A stretch of DNA of 55,186 bases, taken from positions 1-55,186 of the forward strand of contig JAVKIH010000015.1 in NCBI GenBank assembly GCA_031459625.1, read 5' to 3'. A program made the translations under genes and the position numbers. The first letter of the stretch is position 1. Each line of letters starts with the position of its first letter. The stretch comes from Candidatus Geohabitans tengchongensis (GTDB lineage: Bacteria > Sysuimicrobiota > Sysuimicrobiia > Sysuimicrobiales > Humicultoraceae). Shown in pieces: positions 1 to 9,399 of this stretch. The notes below the pieces were generated by a model. The model saw nothing but the letters and a program-made list of their open reading frames with translations. It had not been told where the DNA came from and searched no databases.

Positions 1-123
1 CTCAAGCGGTCCTCAAGGCTGTCGGGCTGCCCCGCCTCACGCCCCCTGAGCCCTGTAGTGAAATTGCCTGAACAGGAATGGCTCAACCATGCGGGTTTCA
101 GCCCCGTCAATGTCAAACATGGG

Positions 124-270
124 CTAGTGCTCCTCGTTGGGCTCCTCTTTGAGGACGGTGCGGTCGAGGAGGCGGATGAGCCCGGGCGCCAGGACCGGCA
201 AGGCGGCCCCCACCACCACCATCGCGCCCAGCAGGATGACGAAGAGGACGATGGCCTCGCGCTCGCTCAT
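124..270 (-). CDS. Small single-pass membrane protein (48 aa)
   Basis: MSEREAIVLFVILLGAMVVVGAALPVLAPG...; hydrophobic helix; ATG overlaps the cca stop (ATGA). Confidence 0.6.
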   Translation of the reverse strand: MSEREAIVLFVILLGAMVVVGAALPVLAPGLIRLLDRTVLKEEPNEEH

Positions 271-1661
271 GGGGAGGAGACTTCCGAGCCGGGCCGACCT
301 TCTCCTCTTGCGCCCTGCGGGAAGCGCTCGCGCACCAGCGCCTCCGCCTCGGCGCGCGTGCGCACGCGCCCTTCGAGCTGGGCCTCCTCCACCGCCTCCA
401 GGATGACCCGGAAGCGCGGGCCGGGCCGGTAGCCGAGCGCGACCAGGTCGTCCCCGGTGAGCAGCCGCGGCGGCCGCCGCTCCTCCTCGGTCAGGCGGGC
501 CGCCGCCTCCCGCACCCATTGGTACGTCGTCAGGTCACCGTGACTGGCCAGCACGTCCGCCCGGTGGAGCGCCAGGAGGTCGGGGAGGTCCTCGCGGGCG
601 AGGAAGCGCTTCGCCCGCCCCGGCCGCATGCGGGGCACGTCCTGTAGCCGGAGGTGGTCGCGCACGAGGGTCACCACCCGGGCGGTCATGGCGCCGCTCA
701 GCCGCAGGCGCCGGCAGACGCGCTCCGCCAGCGCGGCGCCCACCACGTCGTGGCCGGGGAAGCGCAGGCGATCCGGACCGCGCTCGAGGGTGGGCGGCTT
801 GCCGACGTCGTGCAGCAGGGCGGCCAGGGCCAGGACCGGCGTCGGCTCCTCCAGGTGGTGCAGGGTGAGGACGGTGTGGGTGAAGACGTCCCCTTCGGGG
901 TGGTACTCCGGCGGCTGCGGCACCCCCACGGTGGCGGCGACCTCAGGGAGGAGCGGGGCGAGCAGGCCGCTCTCCTGCAGCAGCCGCACCCCGCGGGCGC
1001 GGCCCGGCGCGACCAGCAGGCGCAGCAGCTCGTCGCGCAGGCGCTCGGCGCTCACCTGGGTGATGGCGGCGGCCTGGCGGCGGATGGCCTCCAGCGTGGC
1101 GGTCTCGATGGTGAAGTCCAGCTCCGCGGCCAGGCGCACCGCCCGCAGCATCCGCAGGCGGTCTTCGGCGAAGCGCTCGGCGGGGTCGCCCACGGCGCGG
1201 ATGCGCCGCGCCTGCAGGTCCGCTCCTCCACCCACCAGGTCCACCACCGCGCCCGTGTGCAGGTCGAGCAGCAGGGCGTTCACGGTGAAGTCCCGGCGGC
1301 GCACGTCCTGCTCCAGGGTGGCGAACTCGACGAAGGCGGGCCGCCGCCCGTCCAGGTAGGGCCCCTCGCGGCGGAAGGTGGCCACGTCCACCTCGGCCCC
1401 CGCCTCCCGGACGCGCACGACCCCGAAGGCCGCCCCCACCATCACCGCGCCGGGGAAGAGGGCGGCCACCTCGTGCGGGCGGGCGTCGGTGACGATGTCC
1501 AGGTCGCGGGGCTCGCGGGCCATGAGCAGGTCGCGGACGGCTCCGCCCACCAGGTAGGCGGCAAACCCGGCCCGCTGCAGGCGGTCGGCCACGGCCCGCA
1601 CCGGGGCGGGCACCGCCGGGAGCGCCCCGGCGGCGGGGGGCTGGCGGGCCGGCTCGGTCAT
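267..1661 (-). CDS. cca: CCA tRNA nucleotidyltransferase with HD domain
   Basis: VGGAVRD..DLD, RRDFTVNA, EDRLRMLRAVR, HPEGDVFTHT, LLHDVGK motifs; start set at MTEPA. Confidence 0.92.
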   Translation of the reverse strand: MTEPARQPPAAGALPAVPAPVRAVADRLQRAGFAAYLVGGAVRDLLMAREPRDLDIVTDARPHEVAALFPGAVMVGAAFGVVRVREAGAEVDVATFRREGPYLDGRRPAFVEFATLEQDVRRRDFTVNALLLDLHTGAVVDLVGGGADLQARRIRAVGDPAERFAEDRLRMLRAVRLAAELDFTIETATLEAIRRQAAAITQVSAERLRDELLRLLVAPGRARGVRLLQESGLLAPLLPEVAATVGVPQPPEYHPEGDVFTHTVLTLHHLEEPTPVLALAALLHDVGKPPTLERGPDRLRFPGHDVVGAALAERVCRRLRLSGAMTARVVTLVRDHLRLQDVPRMRPGRAKRFLAREDLPDLLALHRADVLASHGDLTTYQWVREAAARLTEEERRPPRLLTGDDLVALGYRPGPRFRVILEAVEEAQLEGRVRTRAEAEALVRERFPQGARGEGRPGSEVSSP

Positions 1662-1674
1662 CGGGAGGAGGCGG

Positions 1675-2463
1675 TCAGCCCGTCGGCTCGCCCCGGGGCT
1701 CGTCACTCATGAGGGCGCGCAGACGGCGCAGCGCCTCGCGCTGGATCCGCGAGACGTGCATCTGGGAGACCCCCAGGCGCTCGGCGATCTCCACCTGGGA
1801 GAGGCCCTCGTAGAAGCGCAGGTGGGTGACCGTACGCTCCCGGGCGGGGAGGCGCTGCAGCGCCCCCTCCAGCGTGTGCCGGTCCTCCACCCGCTCCAGC
1901 TCCACGTCGTCCTCCCCCAGGTAGTCCATCAGGGAGGAGACCCGGTCGTCCGCGCCTTCGATGTCCGCGTCGAGTGACGCCGGGCCGTAGGCCCGGCCCA
2001 CCTCGAAGGCCTCGATGACCTCCTCGAAGGGCACGCCGGTGGCGTCGGCGATCTCCGGGATGGTCGGGGAACGGCCCAGGCGCTGGGTCATCTCCTCCAC
2101 CGACTTCATCAGGGCGTAGTTCAGCTCGCGCAGGCGCCGGGGGACCTTGATCGCCCACAGCTTGTCCCGGAAGTGGCGCTTGATCTCCCCCACGATGGTG
2201 GGGGTGGCGTAGGTGGTGAACTCGATCCCGCGCGAGAGGTCGTACCGGTCGATGGCCTTCAGCAGGCCGATGCGGGCCACCTGGAGGATGTCCTCGAAGG
2301 GCTCCCCGCGGTTGGCGAACTTGCGGGCCAGGTAGACGGCCAGGCTCTCGTGCGCCACCATGAGCGCCTCGCGCACGGCAGGCTCGCGCCGCTCGGCGTA
2401 GGCCTCGAAGAGCCGGCGCACCTCCGCCTTGTCCCAGGTCCTGCGCCGTGTGCGTCGGGGCAT
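1675..2463 (-). CDS. sigB: SigB/SigF/SigG-family RNA polymerase sigma factor
   Basis: GLLKAIDRYD, FTTYATPTIVGEIKRHFRD, GVSQMHVSR. Confidence 0.88.
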   Translation of the reverse strand: MPRRTRRRTWDKAEVRRLFEAYAERREPAVREALMVAHESLAVYLARKFANRGEPFEDILQVARIGLLKAIDRYDLSRGIEFTTYATPTIVGEIKRHFRDKLWAIKVPRRLRELNYALMKSVEEMTQRLGRSPTIPEIADATGVPFEEVIEAFEVGRAYGPASLDADIEGADDRVSSLMDYLGEDDVELERVEDRHTLEGALQRLPARERTVTHLRFYEGLSQVEIAERLGVSQMHVSRIQREALRRLRALMSDEPRGEPTG

Positions 2464-2478
2464 CGGGCCTGCGCGGCC

Positions 2479-2949
2479 TCAGTTGGCGTCGGTGGGGCTG
2501 GGGGCGGGGCCGGGGTCGGCCGGGCCGGCGTCGGCGGGGCCGAGGTGGGCGGGGGGCGCCGGCCCGACGCGCTTGGTCATGCGCATCCGCCGCCGACCTG
2601 CCTCCTCGTGGGTGACCACCTCGTCCATCAGGCAGCGGATGAGGAAGAGGCCCAGCTCGCGCTCCTCGGAGCGCACGGCGCGCGGCGCGGCGTAGTCGAC
2701 CTGGACCTCCAGGGCCTCGCTGTCGACCCCGAAGCGCACCTGGATCGGCCCCGCGCCCGCCAGGATGGCGTCGGTGCAGGCCTCGGCCACGGCGATCTTC
2801 AGGTCCTCCACCTCGTCGAAGGAGAACCCCATGCGCCCGGCGATCCCCGCCGCGGCCAGCCGCACCACGACGACATACTCCGGCCGGGCGGGGATGGTGA
2901 GCTCGATGGTCTCGCGGCTCGGCGTCGACGGACTCGGGCCCCGGCTCAC
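2479..2949 (-). CDS. rsbW: RsbW-like anti-sigma factor (HATPase_c_2 fold)
   Basis: IPARPEYVVVVRL, FDEVEDLKIAVAEAC, GLFLIRCLMDEV; directly upstream of the sigB-type gene. Confidence 0.82.
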   Translation of the reverse strand: MSRGPSPSTPSRETIELTIPARPEYVVVVRLAAAGIAGRMGFSFDEVEDLKIAVAEACTDAILAGAGPIQVRFGVDSEALEVQVDYAAPRAVRSEERELGLFLIRCLMDEVVTHEEAGRRRMRMTKRVGPAPPAHLGPADAGPADPGPAPSPTDAN

Positions 2950-3350
2950 CCGTCAGGCTCCTGCGACAGCGGGACGGAGCCGGCCTCGTCGCGCCCCGGG
3001 GGCACCGGCGCGGGCGCCTGCCGCGGCAGCAGCCCTTCCACCCGTTCCCGCAGCTCGCCGGCGCGCTCCCGCACCCGTTCCCGTACCTCCTCGGCCGCCT
3101 CCCGGGCCCGGTGGGCGACCTCGCCGACGCGCTCCCGCGTCCGCCGCCCCACCTCACCGGCCTGCTCGCGCGCCCGCTGGCTCATCGCCTCGGCCCGTTC
3201 CCGGGCCCGCGCCCGCGCCGCCTCCACTCGGGCGCGCACCTGGGCACGTGTCTCCCCGCCCGGGCGCGGCGCCAGCAGCACGCCCACCGCGGCGCCCACC
3301 ACGGCGCCGAGGACGAACCCCGCCAGGAACTCTCCTCCACGCTCCGACAC
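2946..3350 (-). CDS. YtxH-domain protein
   Basis: FLAGFVLGAVVGAAVGVLLAPRPGGETR followed by coiled coil; GTG start with GGAGG. Confidence 0.85.
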   Translation of the reverse strand: MSERGGEFLAGFVLGAVVGAAVGVLLAPRPGGETRAQVRARVEAARARARERAEAMSQRAREQAGEVGRRTRERVGEVAHRAREAAEEVRERVRERAGELRERVEGLLPRQAPAPVPPGRDEAGSVPLSQEPDG

Positions 3351-3355
3351 GTCCC

Positions 3356-4549
3356 TCACCTCCCGCCCGCGCCGGCGACGGCCGCCGGCCGCAGGGCCTC
3401 CACCCGTTCGATGATCCCCCCGCCCAGCACGACCTCCCCCGCGTAAAGCGTCACCGCCTGTCCGGGCGCCGGCGCCCGTTGGGGGACGGCGAAGCGCACG
3501 TGCAACACCCCCTCCCCGTCCACCCAGGCCCGCGCCGGCACCTCGCGGGCGCCGTGCCGCACCCGGGCCGTCACCTCGACCGGTCCCGGCGGCGGCGTGC
3601 CCGCCACCCACGTGACCTGACGGGCCTCCACACCGGCGGCGAGCAGGTCGGCACCCTCGCCCACGATCACCGCGTTGCGCGCGGCGTCGATGGCGGTGAC
3701 GTAGAGCGGCCGCCCGGCGCCCACGCCCAGCCCGCGCCGCTGCCCGACGGTGTACCGGGCGATGCCCCGGTGCGTGCCCAGGACCCGGCCCGTCCCGTCC
3801 AGGATCGGGCCCGGCCGCGCCGCGGCCGGGCGGCGGGACGCCACGAGCTCGGCGTAGGACCCGCGCGGCACGAAGCACAGCTCCTGGCTGTCCGGCTTGT
3901 CGGCCACCGGCAATCCCCGCGCCCGGGCCAGCGCCCGCACCTCCGCCTTGGTGTACTCCCCCACCGGGAAGCGCAACCGGGCGAGTTGCGCCTGCCCCAG
4001 CGCGAAGAGGACGTCGGACTGGTCCTTGGCCGCGTCGCGCCCGCGCAGGAGCAGGTAGCGGTCCGTCGCGGCGTCGTAGCGGATGCGCGCGTAGTGGCCC
4101 GTGGCCAACCCGTCCAGCCCCATCGCCCGCACCTTGCGCAGCAGCAGGGCGAACTTGATGGCCCGGTTGCAGGTGAGGCAGGGGTGGGGCGTCCGGCCGC
4201 GGGCGTACTCGTCTACGAACTCGTCGATGACGGCGCGCTCGAACGCTTCCCGCAGGTTGAGCACGTAGTGCCGGATGCCGAGGTGGGCGGCCACGGCGCG
4301 GGCGTCGGCCACGGCACCGACACCGCAGCAGGCGCGGAAGGGGTCGTCGGGCTCGGGGAGCCAGGCCGGCCAGAGGTGCATGGTCACCCCCACCACCTCG
4401 TAGCCCGCCTCCACCAGGAGGGCGGCGGCCACGGCGCTGTCGACGCCGCCGCTCATCGCCACGGCGATGCGGCGGATGTCCCCGCCCCCCGGTGTCGATG
4501 CGCTCCCCTGTGCCGACGCGCCCGGCCCCGGCGCCCGCTGCTCCACCAT
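3356..4549 (-). CDS. mnmA: tRNA 2-thiouridine(34) synthase
   Basis: AMSGGVDS PP-loop, PHPCLTCN, ATGHYAR, KDQS, YTVGQRRG, PGQ. Confidence 0.95.
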   Translation of the reverse strand: MVEQRAPGPGASAQGSASTPGGGDIRRIAVAMSGGVDSAVAAALLVEAGYEVVGVTMHLWPAWLPEPDDPFRACCGVGAVADARAVAAHLGIRHYVLNLREAFERAVIDEFVDEYARGRTPHPCLTCNRAIKFALLLRKVRAMGLDGLATGHYARIRYDAATDRYLLLRGRDAAKDQSDVLFALGQAQLARLRFPVGEYTKAEVRALARARGLPVADKPDSQELCFVPRGSYAELVASRRPAAARPGPILDGTGRVLGTHRGIARYTVGQRRGLGVGAGRPLYVTAIDAARNAVIVGEGADLLAAGVEARQVTWVAGTPPPGPVEVTARVRHGAREVPARAWVDGEGVLHVRFAVPQRAPAPGQAVTLYAGEVVLGGGIIERVEALRPAAVAGAGGR

Positions 4550-4559
4550 GGCCGTTTGA

Positions 4560-5942
4560 TTATATACCCTGGCCCTCCGCCGGCGGCCGGTCGCGCGCGC
4601 GGCGGGCCCGTTGCGCAAAGGCGTAGCGCTTCACCTCGCCCCACCAGCGCAGCAGGCGCGCCCGCACCTCCCGCTCCGCCCCGCTGTCGGAAGGCTCGTA
4701 GTAGACGCGGTCGGCCAGGTTGTCGGGGAGGTACTGCTGCACGACGAAGCGCCCCGGGGCGTCGTGCGGGTACCGGTAGTCGCGCCCGTGCCCCAGCCGG
4801 GCCGCCGCCTGGGGGTGGCTCGGGTCGCGCAGGTGGCGCGGCACCGGCGCCGTCTGCACCTGTTCCACGTCCCGGGCGGCCCGCCCCAGCGCCTCGACCA
4901 CGGTGTTGCTCTTGGGCGCGGTGGCGATGTAGAGGGCGGCTTCGGCCAGCGGGATGCGCGCCTCCGGCAGCCCCACGTACTCCACGGCGTGCGCCGCCGC
5001 CGTGGCCACCACGAGCGCCATCGGGTCGGCCAGCCCCACGTCCTCGGCGGCGTGCACCACCATCCGTCGGGCGATGTAGCGCGGGTCCTCGCCGGCGGCG
5101 AGCATGCGCGCCAGCCAGTAGACGGCGGCGTCGGGGTCGGAGCCGCGCAGGCTCTTGATGAAGGCGGAGATGGTGTCGTAGTGCGCGTCCCCCTCCCGGT
5201 CGTAGAGGAGGGCCCGGCGCTGGCTCGCCTCCTCGGCGAGGGGCAGCGTGATCCGCCGCACCCCGTCGGGCCCGGGGACGGCCAGCGCCGCGGCGGTCTC
5301 CAGGGCGTTGAGGGCGGCGCGGGCATCCCCGTTGGCCACGTCCACCAGGTGGCGCAGGGCCTCCTCGTCCACCTCGACCCCCTGGCCCCCCAGCCCGCGC
5401 GGGTCGACGAGCGCCCGCTCCAGGATCTGGCGCAGCTCGTCGGTGGAGAGCGGCTCGAGCTGCAGCACCCGGGAGCGGGAGACGAGGGTGGCGTTCACCT
5501 CATAGAAGGGGTTCTCGGTGGTGGCGCCGATCAGCACCAGGGTGCCGTCCTCCACCACCGGGAGGAGGACGTCCTGCTGGGCGCGGTTGAAGCGGTGGAT
5601 CTCGTCGATGAAGAGGATGGTTCGCTGCTGGTAGTAAGCGCGCCGGTCCTGGGCCTCCTGGATGATGCGCTTAAGGTCGGCCACGCCGGCGGTGACCGCG
5701 TTCACCTGCTCGAAGTGGGCGCGGGTGAGGTTGGCGATGATGCGCGCCAGCGAGGTCTTTCCCGTCCCCGGCGGGCCGTAGAGGATGAGGCTGGTGAGCT
5801 GGTCGGCCTCGATGGCCTGGCGCAGCAGCCGGCCCGGGCCGACGATGTGCGCCTGCCCGACGAACTCCTCCAGGGTGCGCGGGCGCATCCGGGCCGCCAG
5901 GGGCGCATCGCCCGGGGGCCGGTCGCCGGCGAAGAGGGTCAT
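4560..5942 (-). CDS. rarA: Replication-associated recombination protein A (MgsA/RarA)
   Basis: [46 protein letters not shown]. Confidence 0.95.
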   Translation of the reverse strand: MTLFAGDRPPGDAPLAARMRPRTLEEFVGQAHIVGPGRLLRQAIEADQLTSLILYGPPGTGKTSLARIIANLTRAHFEQVNAVTAGVADLKRIIQEAQDRRAYYQQRTILFIDEIHRFNRAQQDVLLPVVEDGTLVLIGATTENPFYEVNATLVSRSRVLQLEPLSTDELRQILERALVDPRGLGGQGVEVDEEALRHLVDVANGDARAALNALETAAALAVPGPDGVRRITLPLAEEASQRRALLYDREGDAHYDTISAFIKSLRGSDPDAAVYWLARMLAAGEDPRYIARRMVVHAAEDVGLADPMALVVATAAAHAVEYVGLPEARIPLAEAALYIATAPKSNTVVEALGRAARDVEQVQTAPVPRHLRDPSHPQAAARLGHGRDYRYPHDAPGRFVVQQYLPDNLADRVYYEPSDSGAEREVRARLLRWWGEVKRYAFAQRARRARDRPPAEGQGI

Positions 5943-5958
5943 GGTCGGCCGGGATACA

Positions 5959-6156
5959 CAGAATCCCCGCCGTACCGATTGTGCCAGAGTTCCCGAACCT
6001 GTCCTCGGACAGGTGGGTGCCCTCCCGAACGCTTCCGGCGTCCTCCTCCCGGCGGACCGTTCAGAGGCGTGCCGTCCACGCCCGGAGCCCGGGCTCCCCG
6101 GTCATGGGTGTTGGCTCGGAACTTCTGGCGCGCCCGAATACAGCAGGGATTCCGCG
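5959..6156 (-). ncRNA. ssrS: 6S RNA
   Basis: ~190-nt rod: GAATCCC (5961-67) pairs with GGGATTC (6146-52) and GCCAGAGTTCC with GGAACTTCTGGC; GGGCACCCACCT motif; aspS-ssrS-rarA synteny; extended -10 TGcTAGCAT at ~6166-6174. Confidence 0.85.
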
Positions 6157-6214
6157 CTCAACATGATGCTAGCATTCACGCGACCGGGCGACAACACCGG
6201 ATCGCCTGCCATTC

Positions 6215-8044
6215 TCATCCCTCCAGCCCGTCCTCCAACCCCTGCAGGGTGTCGTGCAGGAGGGCGATGTGGACTTCGGCCAGCTGCCGCGGGTCGACCG
6301 GCGCGGGCGCGCCCGTCATCAGGTCCGTTCCCGCGGCGGTCTTGGGGAAGGCGATGACGTCGCGGATCGTCTCCTCCCCGGCCAGCAGCATCACCAGCCG
6401 GTCAAACCCCAGCGCGATCCCTCCGTGCGGCGGGGCGCCGAAGCGCAGCGCATCCAGCAGGAAGCCGAAACGCTCCTGGGCCGCCGCCTCGTCCAGGCCG
6501 ATCAGGCGGAAGACCTCCCGCTGCAGCGCGGGGTCGGCGATGCGGATGCTCCCCCCGCCCACCTCCACGCCGTTCAGCACCAGGTCGTAGGCGCGCGCCC
6601 GCACCCGCAGCGGCTCGGTGGCCATGAGCGGCCGGTCCGCCTCCACCGGCGCAGTGAAGGGGTGGTGGACGGCCACCAGTCGGCCCTCTTCGGGATCCCA
6701 CTCCACCAGCGGGAACTCCGTCACCCAGCAGAAGGCCAGCCGGTCCGGGGGAAGCCACCCCTCGCGCCGGGCCACCTCCAGGCGCAGCCGCCCCAGGGCG
6801 GACCCCACACGGTCGGCCGGTCCCCAGGCCAGGAGCACCAGGTCACCGGGGCCGGCACCGAAGTGCGTGCGCACCTCTTCCACCTCGGCCGGTGGCACCG
6901 TCCGCGCCAGGGAGCCGCGCACCCCTGCGCCGGTGAAGGCCAGCGTGGCGGGCCCGCCGACCCCTTCGGCGCGCAGCCGCTCCCCCAACGCGTCCACCTC
7001 CCGGCGCGAGTAGCGCGCCCCGCCGGGGAGACACAGCCCCCGCACCACCTCGCCGCGCGCCCGGGCGGACGCCAGCGGCGGCACCCGGGCGAGGCTGCTC
7101 TCCGTCACGTCCACGATGGGCAGGTCGACGCGCAGGTCGGGCGTGTCGGTGCCGTACCGCAGCAGCGCCTCCCCGTAGGTGAGGCGCGGGAAGGGGCGGG
7201 CCACCGTCACCCCCAGGACCTCCTGGATCGCCTCGGCCAGCACCGCCTCCGTGACCGCCTGCACCTGGGCCTCGTCGGTGAAGGTCAGTTCCACGTCCAC
7301 CTGGGTGAACTCGGGCTGCCGGTCGGCGCGCAGGTCCTCGTCGCGGAAGCAGCGCACGATCTGCACGTAGCGGTCCACCCCCGCCACCATGAGGATCTGC
7401 TTGAAGAGCTGCGGGGACTGGGGCAGGACGTAGAAGCGCCCGGGGTGGAGCCGGCTCGGCACGAGGAAGTCGCGCGCGCCTTCCGGGGTGGAGCGGATGA
7501 GCATAGGGGTCTCCACCTCGACGAAGCCGCGGGCGTCGAAGGCGCGGCGCAGCGCCAGGGCCAGGCGGTGGCGCAGGAGGAGGTTGCGGGTCATGCGGGG
7601 CCGGCGCAGGTCGAGGTAGCGGTAGCGCAGGCGCAACGCCTCCTCCACCGGCTGCTCCTCGGCGATGGGGAACGGCGGCGTCTCCGACGCGGCCAGCACG
7701 GTGCACCGCTCGGCGCGCACCTCCACCGCCCCGGTGGCCAGGCGGGGGTTCTCGGTGCCCGGCGGGCGCCGTCGCACCTCTCCCTCCACCTGCAGGACGT
7801 ACTCGGCGCGGCAGGCGTCGGCGGCCCGGTAGGCCTCTCCGGCGTCCGGCGTGACCACCACCTGGACGATCCCCTCGCGGTCGCGCAGGTCGAGGAAGAT
7901 CACCCCGCCCAGGTCGCGCCGCCGGTGGACCCACCCGGCCAGCCGCACGTGCTGCCCGGCGTGCTCCGGGCGCAGGGCGCCGCAGTAGTGGGTGCGGTAG
8001 GGGCCGCCGGGTCCCCTGTCAGGCGTGCTCGCGCCCACGGTCAC
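6215..8044 (-). CDS. aspS: Aspartate--tRNA ligase, bacterial type
   Basis: RTHYCG, HRRRDLGG, LPQSPQLFKQ, CFRDEDLRADRQPEFTQ, GAPPHGGIALG; GAD-length insertion. Confidence 0.95.
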   Translation of the reverse strand: MTVGASTPDRGPGGPYRTHYCGALRPEHAGQHVRLAGWVHRRRDLGGVIFLDLRDREGIVQVVVTPDAGEAYRAADACRAEYVLQVEGEVRRRPPGTENPRLATGAVEVRAERCTVLAASETPPFPIAEEQPVEEALRLRYRYLDLRRPRMTRNLLLRHRLALALRRAFDARGFVEVETPMLIRSTPEGARDFLVPSRLHPGRFYVLPQSPQLFKQILMVAGVDRYVQIVRCFRDEDLRADRQPEFTQVDVELTFTDEAQVQAVTEAVLAEAIQEVLGVTVARPFPRLTYGEALLRYGTDTPDLRVDLPIVDVTESSLARVPPLASARARGEVVRGLCLPGGARYSRREVDALGERLRAEGVGGPATLAFTGAGVRGSLARTVPPAEVEEVRTHFGAGPGDLVLLAWGPADRVGSALGRLRLEVARREGWLPPDRLAFCWVTEFPLVEWDPEEGRLVAVHHPFTAPVEADRPLMATEPLRVRARAYDLVLNGVEVGGGSIRIADPALQREVFRLIGLDEAAAQERFGFLLDALRFGAPPHGGIALGFDRLVMLLAGEETIRDVIAFPKTAAGTDLMTGAPAPVDPRQLAEVHIALLHDTLQGLEDGLEG

Positions 8045-9399
8045 GGCTCCACCCGGCGGCGGTCGCGGGGGAAGAGGGCCGCCGCCCGCAGGTTGGCGAG
8101 GCCGCAGAGCTGTGCGGTGAAGCGCTCCAGCCCGATGGCGAACCCACCATGAGGCGGCATCCCGGCGGCGAAGGCCTCCAGGTAGCCACGGAAGGCCCCC
8201 GGGTCGAGCCCGCGCTCCCGCAGGCGGCGCCGCAGCCGGCGGGCGTCGTGGATGCGCAGGCCGCCGGTCGTCACCTCCAGGCCGCGGAAAAGCAGGTCGA
8301 AGGAGAGGGAGCGCGCCGGCCGCTCGGGGTCGGGGAGGGCGTAGAAGGGACGGCTGGCGGCGGGAAAGTGGGTGACGAAGAGGAAGTCGCTGCCCGCCCG
8401 CGCGGCGTGCTCCCCCAGACGCCGCTCCGCCTCCGGGGTCAGGTCGTCCGCCACGGCCGCGCCCGCCGTGCCGCGCCCGGCCCCGCCCTGAGGTGCTCCC
8501 GCCCGGCCGGCCCCGGCTGCGAGCACCTCCGTGGCTTGCTCGAAGGTCATGCGGGGGATGCGGTCCACCGACGGGATGCGGACCCCGAGCAGCCGCACCG
8601 CGTCGGCCGCGGTGCGGCGTACCTCCTCGAGCATCGCCCGCACCAGGCGCGTCTCCAGGTCGAGCAGGTCCTCCAGGGTGACGAAGGCCGCCTCGACATC
8701 CAGGCTCGTGTACTCGGCCAGGTGGCGCGTGGTCTCGTGGGGCTCGTTGCGGAAGGCGGGGCCGACCTCGTAGACGCGCTCGAAGGCGCCCACGCAGATC
8801 TGCTTGTAGAGTTGCGGGCTCTGCGCCAGGTAGGCCTGCCGCTCGCCGTAGACCACCGGGAAGAGGTGGGCCCCGCCCTCCGTGGCCGTCCCCACCAGCT
8901 TGCTCGTGTGGATCTCCAGGAACCCCTCGGCCTCCAGCGCCTGCCGGAACCCACGCACCAGCGCGGCAGCGATGCGGAAGGTGGCGGCCACGCGCGGGTG
9001 GCGCAGGCTGAGGGCGCGGTGGTCGAGCTGCGTCTCCAGGGTCGCGCGCAGCACCGGCTTGCTGATGTCGAAGGCGGGGCGCCCGGCGGGCCGCGCCAGC
9101 ACGGCGATGCGCTCCGCCTGCACCTCCACGCCGCCCGGGGCGCGGGGGTCGGCCCGGCCGCGACCCAGGACTTCCAGCACGCTCTCGCGGGGCAGGTCCA
9201 CGCGCCCGGGAGCCACCACCTGCACCGTCCCGGAGCGGTCGCGCAGGACGAGGAAGGTCACGCCGCCGAGCCGCCGCACCAGGTGGAGGTGGCCCAGCAG
9301 CCGCACCGGGGTGCCGGGCCGCACCTCACCGGTCAAGGTGCGCGGGCGCGGACCCCCCGCGCTGATCATGACCGCCGGGACCTCGCTGACCTCGATCAC
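8041..9399 (-). CDS. aspS2: Second, short archaeal-type (probably non-discriminating) aspartate--tRNA ligase
   Basis: ATEGGAHLF, YLAQSPQLYKQ, RHLAEYTSLD, GMPPHGGFAIGLER; no GAD domain. Confidence 0.85.
   Translation of the reverse strand: MIEVSEVPAVMISAGGPRPRTLTGEVRPGTPVRLLGHLHLVRRLGGVTFLVLRDRSGTVQVVAPGRVDLPRESVLEVLGRGRADPRAPGGVEVQAERIAVLARPAGRPAFDISKPVLRATLETQLDHRALSLRHPRVAATFRIAAALVRGFRQALEAEGFLEIHTSKLVGTATEGGAHLFPVVYGERQAYLAQSPQLYKQICVGAFERVYEVGPAFRNEPHETTRHLAEYTSLDVEAAFVTLEDLLDLETRLVRAMLEEVRRTAADAVRLLGVRIPSVDRIPRMTFEQATEVLAAGAGRAGAPQGGAGRGTAGAAVADDLTPEAERRLGEHAARAGSDFLFVTHFPAASRPFYALPDPERPARSLSFDLLFRGLEVTTGGLRIHDARRLRRRLRERGLDPGAFRGYLEAFAAGMPPHGGFAIGLERFTAQLCGLANLRAAALFPRDRRRVEP

Noticed and set aside
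100..120. GTCAATGTCAAA as a CtsR box or -35 element
   Set aside because: The spacing does not match the CtsR heptad repeat, there is no good -10, and the downstream gene is outside the window.
5981..6166. 61-aa plus-strand ORF between rarA and aspS
   Set aside because: The region is better explained by the 6S RNA on the opposite strand.
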